64,000 nucleotides of DNA, from the NCBI GenBank assembly GCA_004211785.1, contig SHBX01000012.1, forward strand, positions 1,368 through 65,367. Reading direction: 5' to 3'. Positions 18,779 to 27,501 of the stretch are shown here, one piece after another. A program made the position numbers and the translations under genes. The stretch's first letter is position 1; each line of letters begins with the position of its first letter. The notes under the pieces were generated by a model that made no database searches, was not told where the DNA came from, and saw only the letters and a program-made list of their open reading frames with translations. This DNA is from Winogradskyella sp. GTDB taxonomy: Bacteria; Bacteroidota; Bacteroidia; Flavobacteriales; Flavobacteriaceae.

Positions 18779-19915
18779 ATGAAAAAACTCATTTCCATAT
18801 TATTATTTTTATCAAATTTTTGTTTTGCTCAACCTGCCTTACAAAATTCTGGTAATATTCAAATTCACCAAGATGGGGAAATAGGGTTTCATATAGACTT
18901 GGTAAATAATGGAACTTTTAATCAGAATTTAGGAACAGCTGGCTTTTATAATTCAACAAATTCATTATCAATATCCGGAACACAAGTTCCGCGATTTTTT
19001 GACATGGAAGTCGATGTTGTAAATCATCTTTTTTTAACTATTAACACTGAGGTTATTAATAGTGTTGCCTATTCCACTGGAGATGTTATAACACCTAGAA
19101 GTAATCCTTCAATTTCATTAGACTACTTAAACAATTCATTTTACATTTTAGAAACTGATGTTACTAATACAAATGGATATGCGAGTTTTAATGGTAATAC
19201 AGAATTCAGTTTTCCTATAGGAGATGATGATAAGCTTCGACCTTTAATTACAACAAATAGTACACCTAATAGTATTATTAAAGCTGCTTACTTTAACGAA
19301 GACCCTAATTTTCCTTCGGTCTTTACTACAAATTTTGATACAAACAGCATAGAATCTATTGTTAATCAAGTAAGCATTATAGAATTTTGGGATTTTGATG
19401 GACCTAATAATTCTTTTGTAACATTAACATGGGATAGTGAAAGTGGCATAGATATTTTAGTCCCAGATTTATTAAGCCTTCGCGTTGTAGGATGGCATAT
19501 TACTGACCAAGAATGGAAAGATTTAGGCAATTCTAACGTAACGGGAACCTTTACCGAAGGTACTATTAATTCTTTTGTATTTAATCCGCTGGATTACGAA
19601 ATCTTAACTTTTGGAGCATTAGTCACAGAAGACGAATTAGAAATTTTCAACTTATTCTCACCTAATGACGATGGTACTAATGATACTTTTGTAATAAGAG
19701 GTATAGAATCTTTTGAAAACAATCTCAAAATCTACAACCGATGGGGAAATATTGTTTTCGAAGTTAACAACTATCAAAATGACTGGAATGGCACCTCAAA
19801 TGCGGGTCGCATTATAAGAAGAAACCAAAAATTACCAGCCGGCACATATTTCTACACTCTTGAGCTCAAAGAATCTGGCAGAGCTTCTACAGGTTGGTTA
19901 TACATAAATTATTAA
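18779..19915 (+). CDS. T9SS cargo with type-B (gliding-motility-associated, CHU_C-like) C-terminal domain
   Basis: C-terminus FSPNDDGTNDTF..IYNRWGNIVF..YQNDWNG..LPAGTYFY..GWLYIN. Confidence 0.9.
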   Translation: MKKLISILLFLSNFCFAQPALQNSGNIQIHQDGEIGFHIDLVNNGTFNQNLGTAGFYNSTNSLSISGTQVPRFFDMEVDVVNHLFLTINTEVINSVAYSTGDVITPRSNPSISLDYLNNSFYILETDVTNTNGYASFNGNTEFSFPIGDDDKLRPLITTNSTPNSIIKAAYFNEDPNFPSVFTTNFDTNSIESIVNQVSIIEFWDFDGPNNSFVTLTWDSESGIDILVPDLLSLRVVGWHITDQEWKDLGNSNVTGTFTEGTINSFVFNPLDYEILTFGALVTEDELEIFNLFSPNDDGTNDTFVIRGIESFENNLKIYNRWGNIVFEVNNYQNDWNGTSNAGRIIRRNQKLPAGTYFYTLELKESGRASTGWLYINY

Positions 19916-19977
19916 GCTTCATTTTCTTCATAAATCTTCACAAACTTTTTGTATTTTAGGATATTATATCTTTAAAT

Positions 19978-20745
19978 ATGAGAAGAGGCAATTTTAAAGT
20001 CCGTATACTAATAGGTCTAGCTGTAGTAGCATTTGCATTTATAAGACGTTGTAGCCAACAAGAGACAAACCCATACACTGGTAGAACTCAAGCTATATCA
20101 TTATCTCCTGAGCAAGAAATAGCTATTGGCTTACAAAGTGCTCCTGGTATGGCTCAGCAACATGGAGGCTTGCATCCAGATACCAGGTACCAAGCTTTAA
20201 TTGATGAAGTAGGAAACAAATTAGTGAACAATAGTATTGCAAAAGACACACCTTATAAATATGATTTTCACTTGCTTGCAGATGACAAAACCATAAACGC
20301 ATTTGCACTTCCAGGAGGTCAATGCTTTATAACCTATGCCCTATTTTCTAAGTTACAAAATGAAGACCAACTTGCTGGTGTACTAGGTCATGAGATAGGT
20401 CATGTTTTAGGTAAACATTCTAATGAACGGATTACAGATTCAAAATTTTGGCAAACCTTAGTAATGGGTGCTTCTGCAATAGATTTTGGAGCCGTTGCGC
20501 AACAATATGGTCAAGGAAAACTAATGGCTAATGGCCGTGATGACGAACTAGAGAGTGACGAACTCGGCGTACTTTTTATGATAAAAGCAGGTTATAACCC
20601 TGAAGAAATGATTGGTGTCATGCAAATTTTAAAAAATGCTGCAGGACCAAATAGAAGGCCAGAGTTTCAAAGCACACATCCAGATCCAGAAAATAGAATA
20701 GAAAAAATAAAAGAAGCCATTAATAAATACAGAAAAGCATCCTAA
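19978..20745 (+). CDS. M48 family metallopeptidase
   Basis: INAFALPGG, LAGVLGHEIGH, ELESD, STHP. Confidence 0.92.
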   Translation: MRRGNFKVRILIGLAVVAFAFIRRCSQQETNPYTGRTQAISLSPEQEIAIGLQSAPGMAQQHGGLHPDTRYQALIDEVGNKLVNNSIAKDTPYKYDFHLLADDKTINAFALPGGQCFITYALFSKLQNEDQLAGVLGHEIGHVLGKHSNERITDSKFWQTLVMGASAIDFGAVAQQYGQGKLMANGRDDELESDELGVLFMIKAGYNPEEMIGVMQILKNAAGPNRRPEFQSTHPDPENRIEKIKEAINKYRKAS

Positions 20746-20760
20746 AGAAGGATGCTTTTT
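20733..20760. terminator. Bidirectional intrinsic terminator
   Basis: AAAAGCATCCT/AGGATGCTTTT inverted repeat between convergent genes. Confidence 0.8.
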
Positions 20761-20792
20761 CTCACTAACTAACTCAAATAAAATTGTCTTAT

Positions 20793-21188
20793 TTAGACAC
20801 TTTTCTTTTTAAAACGCTTTAGAAACTGTGCAGCTTCTTTAGCGTTAGTTTTTTCAGCATGTCTCAACGCTGTTAAACCTTTATCGCATGTCGTATGTAT
20901 TTCAGAGCCCGCGGTAATTAAAACTTTAATGACATCAACTCTATTAAACTTAGCCGCATAATGTATTGGCAACATACCATTAGATTTTTGGTTAACGCTG
21001 ACGCCATTATTTATTAATTGCTTTAATTTTTCGATATCGCCTTTTGCTGCTGCTTCACAAATAGGACTTACTTTAGAGTTTTCTTCAACTACTGTAAGAG
21101 GAGTTGATACGCTTTCAAGATTTGATGCATTTACTGTTGGTAATGAAAGGCTTAATGCTAAAGCCAAAACTGCTACTGATTTTTTCAT
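20793..21188 (-). CDS. Exported ankyrin-repeat protein
   Basis: Signal peptide; PICEAAAKGD, GMLPIHYAAKFN, GLTALRHA ankyrin repeats. Confidence 0.88.
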   Translation of the reverse strand: MKKSVAVLALALSLSLPTVNASNLESVSTPLTVVEENSKVSPICEAAAKGDIEKLKQLINNGVSVNQKSNGMLPIHYAAKFNRVDVIKVLITAGSEIHTTCDKGLTALRHAEKTNAKEAAQFLKRFKKKSV

Positions 21189-21235
21189 GATGAATGATTT
21201 TTGATTGAATAATTATTTTTTGATTATACTAAAGA

Positions 21236-21261
21236 GACGACTAATATTTATATCTGTTACA
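21236..21261 (-). promoter_or_regulatory. ECF-sigma-type promoter TGTAAC-N16-CGTC
   Basis: About 50 nt upstream of ankyrin gene; identical boxes and spacing recur at 48160-48185. Confidence 0.65.
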
Positions 21262-21420
21262 TAATAAAAAGAGGTATAACAATTATTTAACGGTTTGGAA
21301 ACAAATATGTTAAGGTCTTCACAATTAACTAATTCGAGACAATATTTAAGATTCGTTCTAATAAAAAACAGATAATCTTATTTTTTTTGATATTGAAATA
21401 TGATATCATCTGCTAAGTGT

Positions 21421-21428
21421 TATCTTTG
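21421..21428 (+). promoter_or_regulatory. -7 promoter element for gpmI
   Basis: TATCTTTG 21 nt before ATG. Confidence 0.6.
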
Positions 21429-21449
21429 ATAATTCACTAACAGATTACA

Positions 21450-22967
21450 ATGAATAAAAAAGTAATTCTCATGATTTTGGATGGTTGGGGCATGTCTCCA
21501 GACCCAAAAGTTTCAGCAATAGATAATGCACAAACACCATTTATAGATTCACTTTACACAACATACCCAAATGCTACATTAAGAACCGACGGATTACATG
21601 TAGGATTGCCTGAAGGGCAAATGGGTAATAGCGAAGTAGGACATATGAATTTGGGGGCTGGACGAATCGTCTATCAAGATTTAGTGAAAATTAATTTGGC
21701 TGTTGAGAACAAAACACTTCAAGAAGAAAAAGTACTTAAAGATGCTTTTGCCTATGCAAAAAGCAATAATAAAAATATTCACCTTTTAGGCTTAGTTAGT
21801 GATGGCGGTGTGCATTCACATATTAATCACTTATTTGGGTTATTAGATGCTACAAAAGAGAATAACTTAAATAATGTCTTTGTCCATGCATTTACTGACG
21901 GGCGAGATGTAGACCCAAAATCAGGATACGGATTTATTTCAGAATTAGAAGATAAATTAAAGGAGACCAATGCCAAACTCGCTACTGTGACTGGTCGCTA
22001 TTACGCCATGGACAGAGATAAGCGTTGGGAACGTGTAAAGATAGCTTACGATGCCATAGTTAATGGAGAAGGGAACAAAACATCATCCATGCTTAAAGCC
22101 ATTGAAGAGAGTTATGAGAACGATATTACGGATGAATTCATTAAGCCAATAGTTAATGTAGACTCTCAAGGAAATGCTATAACTACTATAAAAAATGATG
22201 ATGTGGTCATTTTCTTCAACTTTAGAACAGATCGCGGACGTCAATTGACAGATGCACTTTCTCAAAATGATTTTCATGAGTACAACATGCATAAATTAAA
22301 ACTGCATTATGTAACTATGACAAGTTATGACGAGAGTTTCAAGGGCATTAATGTAGTTTTCAATAAAGATAACTTAACTGAAACCTTAGGTGAAACCCTT
22401 GAAAAACATAACAAAAAACAAATCCGAATCGCAGAAACAGAAAAGTATCCACATGTAACATTCTTCTTCTCTGGTGGACAAGAAGACTCTTTTAAAGGTG
22501 AAAGTAGAATCCTTCGAAACTCACCCAAAGTTGCCACTTATGACTTAAAACCAGAAATGAGTGCTTACGAATTGCGTGATGCTTTAGTACCTGAATTAGA
22601 AAAAGGCGATGTTGATTTTGTATGTCTTAACTTTGCGAATGGAGATATGGTTGGTCACACAGGTATTATGGAAGCCGCAATCAAAGCTTGTGAAGTTGTA
22701 GATGAATGTGTAAAAGATGTTGTTACAACTGCTTTAGAGAATGATTATACAACAATTCTAATAGCAGATCATGGCAATTGTGAAACTATGATAAACCCTG
22801 ACGGAACACCTCATACAGCACATACCACAAATCCGGTTCCCGTGATTTTAATTGATAAAGAATTACAACATATTAATAATGGCATATTGGGTGATATCGC
22901 ACCAACAATTTTACATTTAATAGGACTAGAACAACCTGAAGCTATGACACAACATACTTTAGTATAA
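21450..22967 (+). CDS. gpmI: 2,3-bisphosphoglycerate-independent phosphoglycerate mutase
   Basis: ILDGWG, GQMGNSEVGH, GRYYAMDRD, AETEKYPHVTFFF, DMVGHTG. Confidence 0.97.
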   Translation: MNKKVILMILDGWGMSPDPKVSAIDNAQTPFIDSLYTTYPNATLRTDGLHVGLPEGQMGNSEVGHMNLGAGRIVYQDLVKINLAVENKTLQEEKVLKDAFAYAKSNNKNIHLLGLVSDGGVHSHINHLFGLLDATKENNLNNVFVHAFTDGRDVDPKSGYGFISELEDKLKETNAKLATVTGRYYAMDRDKRWERVKIAYDAIVNGEGNKTSSMLKAIEESYENDITDEFIKPIVNVDSQGNAITTIKNDDVVIFFNFRTDRGRQLTDALSQNDFHEYNMHKLKLHYVTMTSYDESFKGINVVFNKDNLTETLGETLEKHNKKQIRIAETEKYPHVTFFFSGGQEDSFKGESRILRNSPKVATYDLKPEMSAYELRDALVPELEKGDVDFVCLNFANGDMVGHTGIMEAAIKACEVVDECVKDVVTTALENDYTTILIADHGNCETMINPDGTPHTAHTTNPVPVILIDKELQHINNGILGDIAPTILHLIGLEQPEAMTQHTLV

Positions 22968-22970
22968 AAC

Positions 22971-23384
22971 ATGAATTTTAAAGAAAAACTTATACTCGCT
23001 ATAGATTTTGATGGCACTATCGTTGAAGATGCTTATCCTAGCATTGGCAAACCTCAGCTATTTGCTTTCGAAACACTTAAACGACTCCAGAATGATGGCC
23101 ATCGCCTTATTTTGTGGACATACAGAGATGGTAAAAAACTAGAAGAAGCTGTGACATTCTGTAAAGAAAACGGTATTGAATTCTATGCTGTAAATAAAAG
23201 TTTTCCTGAGGAACAGTTCACGAGTGAAAAAAGCCCAAAAATTCATGCAGACTTTTTTATTGACGATAGAAATATAGGTGGATTTATTGGCTGGGGGAAA
23301 GTATACCAAATACTCACAAATGAAATTCCAAATATTGAAAAACCAAAATCTAAGAAAGGTTTCTTCGGGTTATTCAATAGATAA
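22971..23384 (+). CDS. HAD-superfamily phosphatase (BT0820-like)
   Basis: AIDFDGTI, LWTYR, K..AD.FIDDRN. Confidence 0.85.
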   Translation: MNFKEKLILAIDFDGTIVEDAYPSIGKPQLFAFETLKRLQNDGHRLILWTYRDGKKLEEAVTFCKENGIEFYAVNKSFPEEQFTSEKSPKIHADFFIDDRNIGGFIGWGKVYQILTNEIPNIEKPKSKKGFFGLFNR

Positions 23385-23431
23385 TACCAGCATACTTATT
23401 TTACTATCTTTACCCACTAATACAGTACAAA

Positions 23432-24250
23432 ATGATTGTTGTAAAAACAAAAGAAGAAATAGAATTAATGCGCGAAGCTGCTCTTGTAGTTTCCAAAACT
23501 TTGGGTGAAGTTGCAAAGGCTGTAAAACCTGGAGTCACTTCACTGGAGCTTGACAAAATTGCAGAAGAATGCATTAGAGATCAAGGTGCGATTCCTGGAT
23601 TTTTAGGATTGTATGATTTTCCAAATACACTGTGTATGAGTCCAAACTCTCAAGTTGTTCATGGAATCCCTAATAATACACCTTTAGTAGAAGGAGATAT
23701 TATTTCTATTGACTGTGGTGCTATAAAAAATGAATTTTATGGTGACCATGCATATACTTTTGAAATAGGAGAAGTTGCTCCTGAAACAAAAAAATTACTT
23801 CAAGTTACCAAAGAATCATTGTACGTCGGCATCAAAGAATTTAAACTTGGTAATCGAGTTGGCGATGTTGGCTATGCTATTCAGAAATATTGCGAAAATC
23901 ATGGTTACGGCGTCGTCCGTGAATTAGTTGGTCACGGTTTAGGTAGAAAAATGCATGAAGATCCAGAAATGCCAAACTACGGAAAACGTGGTCGTGGTAA
24001 AAAATTTATTGAAGGTATGGTCGTTGCCATAGAACCAATGATAAATCTAGGAACGCAACGCATAAAACAACATAGAGACGGTTGGACGATTACTACATTA
24101 GACAATAAGCCAAGTGCGCACTTTGAACATGATGTAGCTATTGTAGATGGCAAACCAGAATTACTCTCAACCTTTGCCTATGTTTATGAAGCTCTGGGTA
24201 TTGAAAGCGATGAGGAAGAAGAATTTAGACAAAAAGCTTTTGTTATATAA
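23432..24250 (+). CDS. map: Type I methionine aminopeptidase
   Basis: VVHGIP, DCG..GD, GHGLG..MHEDP, AIEPMIN, SAHFEH. Confidence 0.97.
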   Translation: MIVVKTKEEIELMREAALVVSKTLGEVAKAVKPGVTSLELDKIAEECIRDQGAIPGFLGLYDFPNTLCMSPNSQVVHGIPNNTPLVEGDIISIDCGAIKNEFYGDHAYTFEIGEVAPETKKLLQVTKESLYVGIKEFKLGNRVGDVGYAIQKYCENHGYGVVRELVGHGLGRKMHEDPEMPNYGKRGRGKKFIEGMVVAIEPMINLGTQRIKQHRDGWTITTLDNKPSAHFEHDVAIVDGKPELLSTFAYVYEALGIESDEEEEFRQKAFVI

Positions 24251-24252
24251 TT

Positions 24253-24450
24253 ATGAAAACAAAATACATTTTAGTTTTAATAATCATTGGGTTTCTAATC
24301 ACTATTATTGGCACGCTTTTTAAAATTCAGCATTGGCCATATGGATTTGAACTATATCTTACTGGAACTCTTTTTAAACTGATTTTTGGTATTGCTCTTA
24401 TTTATAAAATTTTGACTTATAAAAAATTTCAAGATTTCTTGAATTCTTAA
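24253..24450 (+). CDS. Small membrane protein resembling the GldL N-terminal TM region
   Basis: IIGTLFKIQHWPYG motif, two TM helices. Confidence 0.65.
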   Translation: MKTKYILVLIIIGFLITIIGTLFKIQHWPYGFELYLTGTLFKLIFGIALIYKILTYKKFQDFLNS

Positions 24451-24455
24451 CTCAT

Positions 24456-25223
24456 TTGAAGTTTCTTTTTAAACTCATATTAAACACTATCCCAAGACCT
24501 TTATTAATTAGGTTAAGCTATGTCGCTAGACCAATTTTAGCATTCTTTCTAAGAGGCCATACATTTACAGACCCAATTGATGGTAAAAGCTTTAAAAGCT
24601 TTTTATCTTACGGTTATGGAAAGCAACGAGATAATGTCCTCTCACCTTCTACTTTAAGTTTAGAACGCCACAGATTACTCTGGTTATATCTTCAAAACGA
24701 AACCGATTTCTTTTCTGCTAAGAAAAAGGTTTTACATTTTGCGCCAGAGCAATGCTTTTTAAAACGTTTTAGAAAATTAAACAACCTAGATTATACAACT
24801 ACAGATTTACTATCGCCAATTGCAGATGTAAAAGCAGATATTTGCAACCTTCCATTCGATGATAATAGTTACGATATTATTCTATGCAATCATGTATTAG
24901 AACACATTCCTGATGACACTAAAGCAATGGAAGAATTATATCGTGTTATGAAACCTGGTGGTTATGGCATTTTTCAAATTCCTCAAGATTTAAATCGTGA
25001 AACAACTTTTGAAGACGATTCGATAACCGATAAAGTAGAACGTGCTAAGATATTTGGTCAATACGATCATGTCCGTGTTTATGGTCGTGATTATTTTGAT
25101 AAGCTTCGCTCTATTGGTTTTAAAGTCGAGGAAGTAGATTATACTTCAAAACTATCCGATAAAGACGTTGAAAAATTCTGCTTAGCCAAAGGTGAAATTA
25201 TTCCAGTTGTTTATAAAAACTAG
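24456..25223 (+). CDS. Class I SAM-dependent methyltransferase
   Basis: LERHRL, LHFAPE, DICNLPF, CNHVLEHI, LKPGG-like. Confidence 0.85.
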   Translation: MKFLFKLILNTIPRPLLIRLSYVARPILAFFLRGHTFTDPIDGKSFKSFLSYGYGKQRDNVLSPSTLSLERHRLLWLYLQNETDFFSAKKKVLHFAPEQCFLKRFRKLNNLDYTTTDLLSPIADVKADICNLPFDDNSYDIILCNHVLEHIPDDTKAMEELYRVMKPGGYGIFQIPQDLNRETTFEDDSITDKVERAKIFGQYDHVRVYGRDYFDKLRSIGFKVEEVDYTSKLSDKDVEKFCLAKGEIIPVVYKN

Positions 25224-25225
25224 CT

Positions 25226-26203
25226 TTACTCTGGAAACCCTTTCAGACTCAAAGTCTGTAAAACATCATTCTCATCCAAATAAATAAAATATACTTGAAG
25301 TTCAGGGTGAAACTTTAAAAAAGCTTTTGTTCCTTCAACTCCCATAGCTTGAAACGTCGTTGCATAACCGTCAGCCAACATTGCATTTGGAGCAATAACT
25401 GAAACACTCAATACATTTGTTTTGGTAGGGTAACCCGTTTTTGTATTAATAATATGCGCATATCTATTTCCTTCATCATCTACCTTGAACTTACGATACG
25501 TTCCAGAAGTTGCCATGCCTTTATTGGTTAATGTTATAGCTTTTGAATATGATTTAGTATCATCAAAATTAGGATCTTCAATACCAACTGTCCAGCCTTT
25601 TTTACTTTCTTGATTTATTCCCGAAGCGCGTAAATCACCACCAATATCAACCAAAAAATCACCAATTCCCTTAGATGCTATAAATTCAGAAATAACATCA
25701 ATCCCATAACCTTTTGCAATCGCATTAAAGTCTAGGTAAGCTTTGTCTTGTCTAATAAACTTTGCGGGTGTTTTTATAACTCTATCAAAGCCAACATAGG
25801 TCATTAAGTTATTAATAGTTGCACTATCTGTAAGAAATTTATTTTCGTCTGGACCAAAATTCCATGCGTTAACTACATTACCAATTGTTGGGTCAAAAAT
25901 GCCTTTAGATTCTTTAAAAATTTTTTTAGACGCATTAAAAACTTTTATAAAATGTTCATCTACTTCAACAGGCTCATTTCTGTTCCATTTAGAAATATCA
26001 GAATCTGAAATGTAAGTAGAGAGAGAGGTGTTAATCACTGTAAACAAACTATCAAACTCTTTTTGATAATTAATGTCAGAATAATATTGAATGTTATAAG
26101 TCGTCCCAAAAACGGGACCACTCAACTTTATATTTGTTGGTTCTTTTTCTTCGCATGAAACAAAAAGTGCAACTAAACTTAAAACTAAAAAAAATCTTTT
26201 CAT
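25226..26203 (-). CDS. apbE: FAD:protein FMN transferase (lipoprotein)
   Basis: Lipobox FVSC; FDPTIG, DFNAIAKGY, ATSGTYR, HIIN, ADGYAT; near nqr operon. Confidence 0.93.
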   Translation of the reverse strand: MKRFFLVLSLVALFVSCEEKEPTNIKLSGPVFGTTYNIQYYSDINYQKEFDSLFTVINTSLSTYISDSDISKWNRNEPVEVDEHFIKVFNASKKIFKESKGIFDPTIGNVVNAWNFGPDENKFLTDSATINNLMTYVGFDRVIKTPAKFIRQDKAYLDFNAIAKGYGIDVISEFIASKGIGDFLVDIGGDLRASGINQESKKGWTVGIEDPNFDDTKSYSKAITLTNKGMATSGTYRKFKVDDEGNRYAHIINTKTGYPTKTNVLSVSVIAPNAMLADGYATTFQAMGVEGTKAFLKFHPELQVYFIYLDENDVLQTLSLKGFPE

Positions 26204-26208
26204 TTGGG

Positions 26209-26586
26209 TTAGTTTAAATTGGCTTCAATAATCTGAATGCCATTATATTCTATTAAATAATCTTCGTTAAGATATATTGGTAAATCTTCACCATCAGGAT
26301 TACCCAGACCTACTCCAGCATATAATACTTTAGCGTCTTTTTCAAAAGCATGCTGCTTAAAGGTTTCCATCCAAACCACATCATAATTGTTTGGGTTTTC
26401 GGGTAAAATAGTAGCTCTAACTATCACAAAAAAGTATTGACTATTCTTATCTATACAGACAAATTGCGGATGTTTTTTAAGTTTACTATTTATAGCCACA
26501 AACTCAAAACCACGAAATTCTAAGTCTTTACCAACATGATTCATGGCGAGGTTATGTAATTCTTGTTTTGATAAAGGTTTACTCAT
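26209..26586 (-). CDS. Conserved hypothetical protein upstream of apbE
   Basis: 125-aa ORF tightly coupled between neighbours. Confidence 0.7.
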   Translation of the reverse strand: MSKPLSKQELHNLAMNHVGKDLEFRGFEFVAINSKLKKHPQFVCIDKNSQYFFVIVRATILPENPNNYDVVWMETFKQHAFEKDAKVLYAGVGLGNPDGEDLPIYLNEDYLIEYNGIQIIEANLN

Positions 26587-27454
26587 CTTTAAATCTCACA
26601 AACTTTGAGTTTGTAAAGGTAAAGCCTGGCACAGATATTTCCGAATTTAATTGTAGTTTATACCAAGGTGAAATAGTAGAATCTTCCAGATTTTTAAGCA
26701 AATGTATGCTTTGGGCTGGTGTATTGCCTTGAATTAGTAGAAACAAACGCTCTCCATTTTCATTTTCAATTATATCTGCAATCATAATCACATGTCCAGG
26801 AAAACCACCGACAATAAGCATATCTCCTAGTTGCAAATCTTCAATTGATTTAATTTCTTTTAGTTCATTATTTAGAGACATGGTACCAGAATAGGTATAG
26901 ATAAGATTTAGATATCTATAGAAATTAGCTTTAGAGTTATCTGATTGTTTAGTTTTATGAAACGTTACTTTATTACCATTAATCTTTGGTCGGTAACCTT
27001 CTGCATATTTTCTCCAAGAACAATAATGCCCGCTTGTAAACTCAAAACCAATTTTGTTTTTCTGATTGGTGTCCCAAAGGTATTCGCTTCTTAATCTAAT
27101 TAGCGCATCCGCACATTGCTGTAATCCATTGCTGGGCACATCAACATCCAAAACACCAATATGTCCTAGCTGATAGAAATAAGGTTCACCATTATAGTTA
27201 ATTACTTTTGCTCCAAAATTCTTCAATTTTTGATACCTTATAAAGTACTGAAACGAGCTCGAATCGTAAACGACTCTCTTAAAATTCTTAGGTGTTTTTA
27301 CTCTTTCTTTAATAGTTGTTCCTGTCTTATTAAGATATGTTGGTGTTGTTACTACAGCAACAACTGTTTGTTTTACAGGTTGAAACTGAAAAGCGAAAAC
27401 AGCAATGACAGCTATTACAAAAAGTAAGAAGAGTAATTTTTTCATTATTAGCAA
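26579..27454 (-). CDS. DUF4846-like protein
   Basis: LQQCADALIRLRSEY, GTMSL, GD..I.GG.PGH, QGNTPAQSIH. Confidence 0.75.
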   Translation of the reverse strand: MLIMKKLLFLLFVIAVIAVFAFQFQPVKQTVVAVVTTPTYLNKTGTTIKERVKTPKNFKRVVYDSSSFQYFIRYQKLKNFGAKVINYNGEPYFYQLGHIGVLDVDVPSNGLQQCADALIRLRSEYLWDTNQKNKIGFEFTSGHYCSWRKYAEGYRPKINGNKVTFHKTKQSDNSKANFYRYLNLIYTYSGTMSLNNELKEIKSIEDLQLGDMLIVGGFPGHVIMIADIIENENGERLFLLIQGNTPAQSIHLLKNLEDSTISPWYKLQLNSEISVPGFTFTNSKFVRFKDE

Positions 27455-27501
27455 GAACGTTAGAAAATTGAAGTTTCGTATTTAATTTCTATTTTTAAGT
27501 C

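Noticed and set aside
15422-19915. Prophage remnant
   Set aside because: All genes have Sec signal peptides, one has a T9SS CTD, and there are no integrase, terminase, capsid or att features.
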